Shown here: positions 17,511 through 26,080 of the stretch, piece by piece
Layout: each line of letters opens with the position of its first letter
How positions within the stretch are numbered: position 1 is the first letter of the stretch
DNA from: Candidatus Latescibacterota bacterium
GTDB taxonomy: Bacteria; Latescibacterota; UBA2968; GCA-2709665
Assembly: GCA_965237675.1 (NCBI GenBank)
Contig: OZ250150.1
Span: 448,001 to 512,000, forward strand
Reading direction: 5' to 3'
Length of the DNA stretch: 64,000 bases
Program-made: the position numbers and the translations under genes
The notes under the pieces: generated by a model
Databases searched by the model: none
Seen by the model: the letters and a program-made list of their open reading frames with translations, nothing else
Told to the model about the DNA's origin: nothing

Positions 17511-19618
17511 AGGCTCTTCGCTTTCGGGTTCGGAATTTTCGCAATATCGATGACAGCGACTGGATAGCCCTGGAGATAGTCACTGCCTTTGTCGGCCGCA
17601 ATGAATCGGGCAAGACCTCGCTGCTTAAGGCGCTACACAAATTCAATCCAGCTACTCCTGAACCTTATGATGCACAGCGCGAGTTCCCGCGGGACCGCTA
17701 CACTTCGGATTACGTTTCCAATGGATCCAATGGTGGAGACTGGCCCGTTTGTTCGGTCGAGTTTGAGATTCCGGAGGAACTTCGGATTGAAATTGGCAAA
17801 ATACTTGAGGAAGACGGCGAAACTCCCGAGAAGGTCACTGCGACCCGCTATTACGATGGCTCCATCGAGTTTCAGTATGCGTCCACAATACAGGAGAAAC
17901 CGCTCGCACCCGAACCGGTGTTTGACGCACTTGATGCATTCGCGTCAAGCGCTCGTCGGCTTGTGGCACCAGACCCAAGTCAGGAGGAATACACGGCACA
18001 GCAGCGTACGGAACTGGCAAATTGGGCGACGGGATGGAAGGACAATTTGAAGGCCATAGTCGATCTCCGAGGCAATGAAGGAGCAAATTGGCTGACCAAA
18101 CTGCGCCACGAAGTGGAGAGCAAGAGTAACCCGGAAACTGCCGATATGGTAGAAGCGTTTCAACGGACGATTGAGCCAATTCTTGAGGCAGCAAAGAAAC
18201 CCTCAATCACAGACCAAGCTAACAAGAAAATCGAACGCATCCTCCCTGTTTTAATCTACTTCGAGAATTACGGCATACTCGATAGCGCCATCTGGCTGCC
18301 GCGTTTTCTCGAAGATCTGAGGCGGGATCCGAACGATTCTCGTGTGCGCACTATCAACGCGATGTTCAAACATGTCGGGCTCGATCCGAAAGAGATAGCG
18401 GAACTTGGCGACGAGCGGACCCGCGAATCCCGCCGGCAGGGTTACCAGCCCGAGCCTGAGCAGATCGCCGAAGACCAGGAGCGCAAGGACAGGCGAGCCA
18501 TTCTGTTGAATGCCGCTTCGCTGGACATCAGTAAAAAGTTCTCCACCTGGTGGTCGCAGAGGCGCCACAAGATTCGATATCACGCCGATGGCGACAGCTT
18601 TCGGATCTGGATTGCCGACGACCGTCGTCCGGACGTAGTAATCGAGCTTGAAGCCCGTAGCAAGGGATTCCAGTGGTTCTTTTCATTTTACCTCGTCTTT
18701 CTTGTCGAGTCTGAAGGTGGACATAAGAATTCGATTCTCCTGCTCGACGAGCCTGGTTTACACCTCCATCCTACAGCTCAGCAGGAGTTAATTGCGTTCT
18801 TCGAGAAGCTCTCCGAAACTAACCAGCTTGCCTATACAACCCACTCGCCGTTCCTGATTGATGGTGAACGCTTGCATAGGGTCAGACCGGTCACCGAGGA
18901 CGAATTCGGCCATTCGCACATCACGGCTGAGACATGGCCGAGGGACCGCGAGACGATTTTCCCGCTTCAGGCCGCAGCGGGATACGCAATGATCCGTGGT
19001 CTTTTTCAACATCGCAAAAACGTCCTTGTAGAGGGAATGAGCGACTTCTACTACCTGCAGGCGCTATCGCAGCAGTGCGCGAAATCGGGTCGCAATGCGT
19101 TACCGGAGGATATCTACATCACCCCCTGTGGCGGCACAAAGCATGTCGGACACTTCGCGTCAATGTTTCTAGGCCATGAGGTTCGGCCACTTGTTCTTCT
19201 GGACGGGGATGATGCAGGACGGGCTCGTCAAGACGCTCTGATTAAGGAGCTATATGTCAATCATAGATCAAATATTGTGATGCTGGATGACGTACTGAAC
19301 CGACCTGGGCAAAAGGTCGAAATAGAGGATATCCTGGGCGAGGCGCTTATCGTTTCAGGTGTTGAAAGGGTCCTGAAGCAATCTTTCCATCTCCAAGATC
19401 GGGACCGCTCGGTCGGAAGCCTAACGAGTCAAATTAAGGCCGCTGCCAAGCGCCAGAGCATCGAACTACCGGTAGGTTGGAAGGCATCGGCCGCCCTGGA
19501 TCTTGTATCGACGTGGGCAGAAGAAGGCACTACACTTGCGGACGAAGTTCTCGACACCGCTGCCACGTTGTTTTCAGTGCTAAACGAAAGATTCGAAAGT
19601 GTTAATTCTTCGGGCTGA
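17507..19618 (+). CDS. OLD-family ATP-dependent nuclease (ABC ATPase + TOPRIM)
   Basis: FRNIDD, VGRNESGKTS Walker A, RSKGFQW signature, LLLDEPGLHLHP, TTHSPF, TOPRIM VEGMSD and DGD; ATGA overlap with hsdS. Confidence 0.85.
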   Translation: MKALRFRVRNFRNIDDSDWIALEIVTAFVGRNESGKTSLLKALHKFNPATPEPYDAQREFPRDRYTSDYVSNGSNGGDWPVCSVEFEIPEELRIEIGKILEEDGETPEKVTATRYYDGSIEFQYASTIQEKPLAPEPVFDALDAFASSARRLVAPDPSQEEYTAQQRTELANWATGWKDNLKAIVDLRGNEGANWLTKLRHEVESKSNPETADMVEAFQRTIEPILEAAKKPSITDQANKKIERILPVLIYFENYGILDSAIWLPRFLEDLRRDPNDSRVRTINAMFKHVGLDPKEIAELGDERTRESRRQGYQPEPEQIAEDQERKDRRAILLNAASLDISKKFSTWWSQRRHKIRYHADGDSFRIWIADDRRPDVVIELEARSKGFQWFFSFYLVFLVESEGGHKNSILLLDEPGLHLHPTAQQELIAFFEKLSETNQLAYTTHSPFLIDGERLHRVRPVTEDEFGHSHITAETWPRDRETIFPLQAAAGYAMIRGLFQHRKNVLVEGMSDFYYLQALSQQCAKSGRNALPEDIYITPCGGTKHVGHFASMFLGHEVRPLVLLDGDDAGRARQDALIKELYVNHRSNIVMLDDVLNRPGQKVEIEDILGEALIVSGVERVLKQSFHLQDRDRSVGSLTSQIKAAAKRQSIELPVGWKASAALDLVSTWAEEGTTLADEVLDTAATLFSVLNERFESVNSSG

Positions 19619-19757
19619 CAAATTTGTCGCTAAGGTTGCAATTCGGATTTGCTAATGAAAACCTTGTAGCGGCCTCGTGCGTAATCCACGACGCTCCCAC
19701 GCCGGGCTTAATCCTTACGCCGGCACCGAATACAGGAAATATGTACCGTGTTGGGCG
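19615..19757 (+). pseudogene. Decayed 3' end of an AlbA_2-HATPase-wHTH paralogue (YVPxWA type)
   Basis: Translates LTNLSLRLQFGFANENLVAASCVIHDAPTPGLI...RKYVPCWA; compare LTNASLRERFGIKPNNKAVASRRIREAMDAGMI...MKYVPYWA of 20585-22051. Confidence 0.7.
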
Positions 19758-20029
19758 ACACCTTCGCATCCGAGGAAACAGCAAGCGTTTTACTTGACTC
19801 GAACCCTCTCCCTGATCCAACTTGCATCTACAAGTGATTAATTAATAGTAATATACCTTACTTGACGAGTACTTGACTGAAACTGCGCCAAAGGAATCAC
19901 AGGTACATAGCCCCTTACGCAAGCAATCGGTTCTTGGGCATGATCAATCGTCCGTTCGGCCGCGACTCTTGTTGGCACGCTTCCAACCAACGCTCGCTCG
20001 ATGATTTCCAAGAATCCGTCTAAACGCGA

Positions 20030-20393
20030 ATTGTGCCATTAACAAAAAATAGTGCAAATGGCATAATTTCGGCATAATTGACTTTGTAAATGTTTGTTTT
20101 TTAAAATCTTATTATATTGTTCTTTCTTGACAAAGTATAAATCTACAAGCAAAAAAGTCTTAATTCATGTGTTCGGTGGGTAGATCCTCCGGGGACGATG
20201 AGAAACGCGCTCGTTGTAGTCCAACCGCGATTGCCGCGCCACCTGACATGCGGCCCGATCTCGGAGGTTGTCAGGCGCCGGAGCCTGAATTTCCATTCGC
20301 CGCTAATTGATCGAGAATTGTCGGAACGACACCCGAATCCTATAACCCATTGATTTTATTGCATTTGTTTAATTGACGGGTAATTGACTGGAA
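20030..20393 (+). repeat. ~365-bp non-coding repeat, copy 1
   Basis: Aligns by eye along its length with 27713-28088, near-identical in the 3' ~130 bp; contains a perfect IHF consensus (AATCAATGGGTTA, minus strand, 20343-20355). Confidence 0.85.
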
Positions 20394-20400
20394 ACGCCTC

Positions 20401-20580
20401 ATGACTACTGGCGTCCGCGCGCTATTCATTTCGGATGTGTTTACCAGAAAGATACACGTGAGCGACGCGGTGGCTAATCTGTCAGAGGAGACCGATCAGC
20501 CGGAGTCCTGCGCCCTGCGGAAGCCGTGACCGACGGTGAGGCGAAGATCGTCAATGGCTTCGACACGACGTAAGAGGTCA
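20401..20580 (+). pseudogene. Decayed hsdS 3' end (relic 1)
   Basis: VRALFISDVFTRKIHVSDAVANLSEETD versus YRTRLISDLVTGKLDVRDAVSSLPAETN of the intact hsdS. Confidence 0.65.
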
Positions 20581-20584
20581 TAAC

Positions 20585-22051
20585 ATGGCAACCAATAGAA
20601 ACCATGACTACCTTGTCGGCCTGGTACGGGAGTTGCGCAACCTGCCACATGAGACCGAATGGGTCGAATTCAAGGTCAATCACCGCAAGCCGCAGACCAT
20701 CGGGCAGTACGTCTCGGCGCTTTCCAACGCGGCAGCCCTGCACGACAAGGTACACGCATATATTATGTGGGGCGTGGAAAATGGAACTCACGACATTGTT
20801 GGCACAGACTTTTCTCCCGCTGTTGCGAAGAAGGGCAACGAACCGCTGGAGACTTGGTTACTCCGGTTATTGAAACCACGCATAGACTTCCGTTTCCACG
20901 AAGTAATGATTGACGGGAAGCGAATCGTGATTATGGAGATTGATCCTGCGTTTCAACACCCGGTCGCGTTCGAAGGAGTGGAGTTTATTCGGGTAGGCAG
21001 CACCCGGAGAAAACTAAAGGACTATCCGGAAAAGGAACGAGCACTCTGGCGCGTTTTCGACCGGGTGAGCTTCGAAGATGGCATCGCCGCCGAACGAGTA
21101 AGTGACGGTGATGTTCTGTCAATGATCGACTACCCTGCGTACTTCGATTTGCGTGAATTGCCGCTACCTGACGGCCGCGATGCCATCCTGCACGCATTGC
21201 ACAATGAAAGGCTTATCGCCCCCGGCGAAGCGGGCGGCTTCGACATAACGAACGTGGGCGCCATTCTTTTCGCCAGGGACCTCGGCGACTTCCCGAATCT
21301 TAAGCGCAAAGCCATGCGCGTCATACAGTACCGGGGTAAGGGCCGGATAGACACATTGAGAGAGCAGGAAGGCGTTCGCGGCTATGCGGTTGGATTCAAA
21401 GGAATTATCGACTACATCATGGCGCTCGTGCCCTCGAACGAAGTAATCCAACAGGCCTTGCGAACGACGTTGCCGATGTTCCCCGACCTGGCCATTCGAG
21501 AACTCGTTGCCAACGCGCTCATCCATCAGGACTTTCTCGTCACCGGTTCGGGACCGATGGTAGAGATCTTTGAGAATCGTATAGAGATTACGAACCCAGG
21601 GGAGCCACTGGTAGACACGGAACGCTTTCTCGACAGCCCACCCAAATCCCGAAACGAAGCGCTCGCCTCGCTGATGCGCCAGGTTCGCATCTGCGAGGAA
21701 CGAGGCAGCGGGATCGACAAGGTTGTCCTTGAAATTGAGTCATACCATTTGCCGGCGCCGCTTTTCGAGGTTCCGCCCGGTTCTACCCGTGCGGTCCTCT
21801 TTGCCCACAAGAACCTGGCTGACATGGACGGAGAGGAGCGGGTGAGAGCCTGCTACCTGCATGCATGCCTCAAGTATGTGATGCGAGATTTCCTGACCAA
21901 TGCGTCACTTCGAGAAAGGTTCGGCATCAAGCCAAACAACAAGGCTGTCGCGTCTCGCCGCATTCGCGAGGCCATGGACGCCGGCATGATCAAGCCGTTT
22001 GACGAGAATGCCTCCCGAAGATTGATGAAATACGTCCCATACTGGGCCTGA
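20585..22051 (+). CDS. AlbA_2 (Schlafen-like) + HATPase_c_4 ('RecG C-terminal') + wHTH protein, type 1
   Basis: ETEWVEFK, SALSNAA, IMWGVEN; AIRELVANALIHQDF, IEITNPG, CEERGSGIDKV; C-terminal YVPYWA. Confidence 0.88.
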   Translation: MATNRNHDYLVGLVRELRNLPHETEWVEFKVNHRKPQTIGQYVSALSNAAALHDKVHAYIMWGVENGTHDIVGTDFSPAVAKKGNEPLETWLLRLLKPRIDFRFHEVMIDGKRIVIMEIDPAFQHPVAFEGVEFIRVGSTRRKLKDYPEKERALWRVFDRVSFEDGIAAERVSDGDVLSMIDYPAYFDLRELPLPDGRDAILHALHNERLIAPGEAGGFDITNVGAILFARDLGDFPNLKRKAMRVIQYRGKGRIDTLREQEGVRGYAVGFKGIIDYIMALVPSNEVIQQALRTTLPMFPDLAIRELVANALIHQDFLVTGSGPMVEIFENRIEITNPGEPLVDTERFLDSPPKSRNEALASLMRQVRICEERGSGIDKVVLEIESYHLPAPLFEVPPGSTRAVLFAHKNLADMDGEERVRACYLHACLKYVMRDFLTNASLRERFGIKPNNKAVASRRIREAMDAGMIKPFDENASRRLMKYVPYWA

Positions 22052-22242
22052 CCTCGATTGGCCGGGATTGATCGACGGCCCGACGTCTCGGGAACCGCCA
22101 GGAATTGTATCAATTGATGGATAAATGATCGAACGAACCCGAAAATGGCTGAATAGGCCGACATATCAATATTTTTCAATAAGTTACGCCACAGAAGAGC
22201 AATAGACGGCCAATTGATCAGGAAACACCCGACAGACGTTGA

Positions 22243-22300
22243 AATTCTATAACCCGTTAATTTTATTGCATTTGTTTAATTGACGGGTAATTGACTGGAA
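22243..22300 (+). repeat. 58-bp core repeat (IHF-like box plus TAATTGAC direct-repeat pair)
   Basis: Identical to 28031-28088 and 55/58 to 20336-20393. Confidence 0.9.
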
Positions 22301-22307
22301 ACGTCCC

Positions 22308-22390
22308 GTGACCTACACCTTCCTCGCGCGACTCATCTCAAATATGACTGCCAGCGAGACAGATGTACGCGAGGCGGCCAGTCTAGCAAC
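22308..22390 (+). pseudogene. Decayed hsdS 3' end (relic 2)
   Basis: FLARLISNMTASETDVREAA versus YRTRLISDLVTGKLDVRDAV. Confidence 0.55.
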
Positions 22391-22416
22391 GGAAGGCCCA
22401 AACTTCAGTCTGACCT

Positions 22417-23604
22417 ATGCCTAGCCGACGGACAAAAATAAGCTTGCAGCCCGGTGTCCTGCAGTGGGCACGAGAACGTGCTCGCGTCAGCCGTGACGAA
22501 CTGGCTCGCAAGATGCAGGTCAAGATCGACCGCGTCGTAGAGTGGGAGGAAACCGGCAACATCAGCGTTGCCCAGGCAGATAGGCTCGCGGAACGCACAC
22601 ATACCCCGCTTGGGTTACTGTACCTCTCGAAGCCACCGGACGACATCCTGCCTATACCCGACTTCAGAACACGTCACGCCGATGCCCTACCGCTACGTCC
22701 GAGCGTCGACCTGCTGGAAACGGTGCACGCGATGCAGCGACGACAGGACTGGATGCGAGAAGAACTGATCAGGAACGGCGCAGAACCACTGGAGTTCGTC
22801 GGTGGATTCAGCCGTACATACGGTCACGTGGAAGTTGCAAGTGCAATGCGAGATGTGCTGCGAATTCCAGATGGGTGGGCGGAGGACATTTCTACCTGGA
22901 TCGCTTCCCTCAGGTTCCTTCGGAGCAAATTGGACGCCGCCGGCGTGCTCGTGGTTTTCAATGGTGTCGTAGGCAACAGTACCAGCAGAAAGCTCGACAC
23001 CGACGAGTTTCAGGGCTTCGCCCTGGTGGACGAATACGCCCCATTGATATTCGTAAACAACGCAGATTACATAGCGGCCAAGATGTTCACGCTTGCTCAC
23101 GAACTGGCGCATGTCTTTGTGGGTGAGTCGGGCGTATCCCACTTTGAAAGGATGCAACCATCCCACAATGATACGGAGCGATTCTGCGATCAGGCTGCAG
23201 CGGAGTTTCTTGTACCCGAGTCCAGTTTTCGCGATCTTTGGAACCTTGATGGCCGTAATACCTTGGCGCCTACAAGTGTTCCATTCGAGTCGATTGCACG
23301 TCAATTCAAGGTAAGCGCAATCGTGGCTGCCCGGCGTGCCCTGGACCTGGACCTGATTGACCTCGACACCTTTTTGGGCTTTTATGAAAACCACAAGCAA
23401 CAAGGGGGTACCATTCAGCCGACAACCGACGGTGGCAATTTTTGGAATACTCAGAGGTGGCGCATCGGTCCACGGTTCGCGGCTGCAGTCGCGCGCGCGA
23501 CAAAAGAAGAACGCCTGACATATCGAGAAGAAGCGTGTTCTCTTGCCGGGCTTAGGGGTCAGTCCTTTGAAAATCTGGCCGTCAAGTTGGATATTCCACT
23601 ATGA
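22417..23604 (+). CDS. XRE-HTH + ImmA/IrrE-family metallopeptidase
   Basis: LQWARERA...WEETG HTH; PIPDFR; EFQGFAL; FTLAHELAH (HExxH); ERFCDQAAAEFL. Confidence 0.88.
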   Translation: MPSRRTKISLQPGVLQWARERARVSRDELARKMQVKIDRVVEWEETGNISVAQADRLAERTHTPLGLLYLSKPPDDILPIPDFRTRHADALPLRPSVDLLETVHAMQRRQDWMREELIRNGAEPLEFVGGFSRTYGHVEVASAMRDVLRIPDGWAEDISTWIASLRFLRSKLDAAGVLVVFNGVVGNSTSRKLDTDEFQGFALVDEYAPLIFVNNADYIAAKMFTLAHELAHVFVGESGVSHFERMQPSHNDTERFCDQAAAEFLVPESSFRDLWNLDGRNTLAPTSVPFESIARQFKVSAIVAARRALDLDLIDLDTFLGFYENHKQQGGTIQPTTDGGNFWNTQRWRIGPRFAAAVARATKEERLTYREEACSLAGLRGQSFENLAVKLDIPL

Positions 23605-23681
23605 CGAGTCAGAACCGAACAAAGCTCCTGGATGCTGATGTCCTGATAGCTGCACACCGCAACTATTACGCGCCGGAAGAC
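23601..23681 (+). pseudogene. N-terminal stub of a DUF4411 PIN protein (usual partner of the ImmA/IrrE gene)
   Basis: MTSQNRTKLLDADVLIAAHRNYYAPED; ATGA-coupled to the ImmA/IrrE gene; homology ends at the darT start. Confidence 0.65.
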
Positions 23682-23686
23682 CATCT

Positions 23687-24343
23687 ATGTCTGTACCCAA
23701 AAATCCAAAGATCTACCATATCGTCCATGTCGACCGGTTGCCTTCAATAATCGCGGCTGGTCGCCTCTGGTGCGACGCGAAGATCATACAGCACAGCGGA
23801 ACCGGTACAGCCATAGGGATGAGCGACATAAAGCGGCGTCGGCTCGAGCTGAAACTGACCAGTCATCCCACTTTATCCGTCGGAAACTGTGTTCCCTTCT
23901 ACTTCTGTCCTCGCTCCGTTATGCTCTACGTGATCCACCGAGGGAATGACCCGGAGCCGGACTATCGTGGCGGTCAGGACCCAATAGTCCACTTGGAGTC
24001 AGACCTTCAACGGACGGTTGCTTGGGCGGACGAACGCGATCTTCGATGGGCGTTTACGCTGTCAAATGCCGGCGCGGTCTACTTCGAAGACCGGTGTGAC
24101 TTGAAACAATTAAACGAGATCGATTGGAGCGCGGTGCGGGCCAATAAGTGGTCCGGTAACGGCGTCCCGGTGTCGAACAAGGAAGGCAAACAGGCGGAAT
24201 TTCTGATTGAGCAACAATTCCCCTGGGAACTGATCTCGCGTATCGGTGTGTGCACCCAAAAGGTCCTCAACCAAACCCTTGCAGCCGTTGAAGCCGCCGC
24301 GCACAAACCATCTGTCGAGATCAGACGTAACTGGTATTATTGA
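23687..24343 (+). CDS. darT: DarT DNA ADP-ribosyltransferase toxin (DUF4433)
   Basis: IYHIVHVDRLPSI, CVPFYFCPRSVMLY, FTLSNA, KQAEFLI (catalytic Glu), WYY end. Confidence 0.92.
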   Translation: MSVPKNPKIYHIVHVDRLPSIIAAGRLWCDAKIIQHSGTGTAIGMSDIKRRRLELKLTSHPTLSVGNCVPFYFCPRSVMLYVIHRGNDPEPDYRGGQDPIVHLESDLQRTVAWADERDLRWAFTLSNAGAVYFEDRCDLKQLNEIDWSAVRANKWSGNGVPVSNKEGKQAEFLIEQQFPWELISRIGVCTQKVLNQTLAAVEAAAHKPSVEIRRNWYY

Positions 24344-24362
24344 CGGCACGAGGAGAAAGGCC

Positions 24363-25424
24363 ATGATCGAATACAAGACCGGCGACATCCTCGCTGAAAA
24401 AGCCGAAGCCCTGGTCAATACAGTCAACTGCGTAGGAGTCATGGGACGTGGAATCGCGCTTCAGTTCAAACGCGCCTTTCCTGATAATTTTAAGGCGTAC
24501 GCAGCCAGATGTAAGCAAGAGAAAATGCAACCTGGGAAGGTGTTTGTCTTCGAAACTGGCGAACTTTTCCATCCGCGCTACATTATCAACTTCCCAACCA
24601 AGCGGCACTGGAAAGGCAAGAGCCGAATGGAGGATATTGAATCCGGCCTGGCGTCTCTCACGAAGGAAATCAGGTCACACCACATCCGCTCGATCGCCAT
24701 CCCGCCGCTTGGCAGCGGGCTGGGCGGGTTGGAGTGGTTCGAAGTACGTGCCCGTTTGGAGGCTACTCTGAAAGAATTGAAAAATGTCAGAATCGTGATA
24801 TTTGAACCGGGCGGCGGACCGGTTGATACGCGCCCTAACCGTTCGCGTGATGTGCCCAGGATGACAGCCGGGCGAGCCGTGTTGGTCGAACTCATGGAAC
24901 GCTACAGGTCAGGCCTGCTGGACCCGTTCGTAACGCTGCTTGAAGTGCATAAGCTTATGTATTTTATGCAGGTCGCGGGTGAGCCGTTGAGGTTGAAGTT
25001 CGCCAAGGGCCCTTACGGGCCATACGCCCTGAATCTCCGGCATGTGGTGAATGCTATCGAAGGACACCTCGTATCCGGCTACGCCGATGGCGGCGATGCC
25101 CCAGACAAGCAGTTGGAACTGGTGCCGGGCGCGCTAGCGGATGCTCGTGCGTTTCTCGAGAACAAGGCCGATACGCAAGCTTGCTTTGATCGGGTTTCCG
25201 ATCTCGTCGAAGGGTTCGAGTCGTCCTTCGGCATGGAATTACTCACTACGGTTCACTGGGTTGTCCGCACGGAAGGCGCGCGGTCGCTCAACGATGTGGT
25301 GGAACACACTTACGCCTGGAACCAGAGAAAAAACCAATTTTCCCGACGTCAGATCAAGATCGGTTGCCAGGTTTTATGTGAGAAGGGCTGGATTGAGCAT
25401 ATCGATATACCGGAATCCCTATGA
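24363..25424 (+). CDS. darG: DarG macrodomain antitoxin
   Basis: GDIL...ALVNTVNCVGVMGRGIALQFK, INFPTKRHW, PPLGSGLGGL; DarG C-terminal HKLMYFMQ...GPYGPY. Confidence 0.92.
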   Translation: MIEYKTGDILAEKAEALVNTVNCVGVMGRGIALQFKRAFPDNFKAYAARCKQEKMQPGKVFVFETGELFHPRYIINFPTKRHWKGKSRMEDIESGLASLTKEIRSHHIRSIAIPPLGSGLGGLEWFEVRARLEATLKELKNVRIVIFEPGGGPVDTRPNRSRDVPRMTAGRAVLVELMERYRSGLLDPFVTLLEVHKLMYFMQVAGEPLRLKFAKGPYGPYALNLRHVVNAIEGHLVSGYADGGDAPDKQLELVPGALADARAFLENKADTQACFDRVSDLVEGFESSFGMELLTTVHWVVRTEGARSLNDVVEHTYAWNQRKNQFSRRQIKIGCQVLCEKGWIEHIDIPESL

Positions 25425-25560
25425 CCACGGACACCTCCGAACGCGGTCTTGAAGACCTCATCGGCATGGCGCTGGCTGTCGATCCGACGCAACGACGCAT
25501 CCAGGGGACTAGGTCGACGGCCCGCCACCTATACCGCGCGTTGGCTTCGAGGAGACCCGC
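25421..25560 (+). pseudogene. hsdR 5'-end relic
   Basis: MTTDTSERGLEDLI...RPATYTARWLRGDP, homologous to 28097 onward (LTTDTSERGLESLI...RPATYSAGWLHGDP); ATGA-coupled to darG. Confidence 0.8.
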
Positions 25561-25748
25561 CTATCGCCGATGCCGTAACCGGCAATCTAGACGTGCGTGA
25601 GGCGGCTTCGCAACAGTCGGAGGAAGCGGATGACCACGACTTTATAGACGATGGCATTCCACTGACGGACGACATGGGCGACAGACGTTACAGTGCTGAC
25701 AACGAGGCAACGGGGAAGCCAGTAATGGAAAGTGTGGTGACCGAATGA
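25561..25748 (+). pseudogene. hsdS 3'-end relic (relic 3) joined directly to the hsdR relic
   Basis: IADAVTGNLDVREAASQQSEEAD...VVTE*, ATGA-coupled to the DUF433 gene. Confidence 0.75.
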
Positions 25749-25972
25749 CCAACTGGGAGACGTGCCCGGCGGTAGAACGACGTCCTGGCAAGCTGAGTGG
25801 GGTTTGGGCATTTGCAGGAACGAGGGTACCCGTATCCGCACTCTTTGAGAATCTTGGTAGCGGGGCCACGGTTGAACAGTTTTTGAAATGGTTTCCGGGA
25901 GTGGCGGAATGGAAGGTCAGAGCTGTTCTGCAACACGAAGCTGAGGCCGTCAAGACACCAGTGAAATCGTGA
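25745..25972 (+). CDS. DUF433 antitoxin-like protein
   Basis: CPAVERRPGKLSGVWAFAGTRVPVSALFENL...FLKWFPGV. Confidence 0.88.
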   Translation: MTNWETCPAVERRPGKLSGVWAFAGTRVPVSALFENLGSGATVEQFLKWFPGVAEWKVRAVLQHEAEAVKTPVKS

Positions 25973-26040
25973 AAATAACTTTGGATCGGAGTATCCTGTA
26001 CCAGCAGAACCATGCAGCCAGGCGACTGGCGATTGTAGTC
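25969..26040 (+). pseudogene. Internally deleted DUF5615/VapC45-like PIN toxin
   Basis: GTGA-coupled; MKI|TLDRSILYQQNHAARRLAIVV joins the start to the mid-domain DxxxxYQQN motif. Confidence 0.6.
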
Positions 26041-26080
26041 AAGAACAAAGTTATCACAGAAAAAGGTGCCAAGAGGCTGT

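Noticed and set aside
17507-19618. Gabija or retron-associated OLD
   Set aside because: No UvrD-like GajB or reverse transcriptase nearby.
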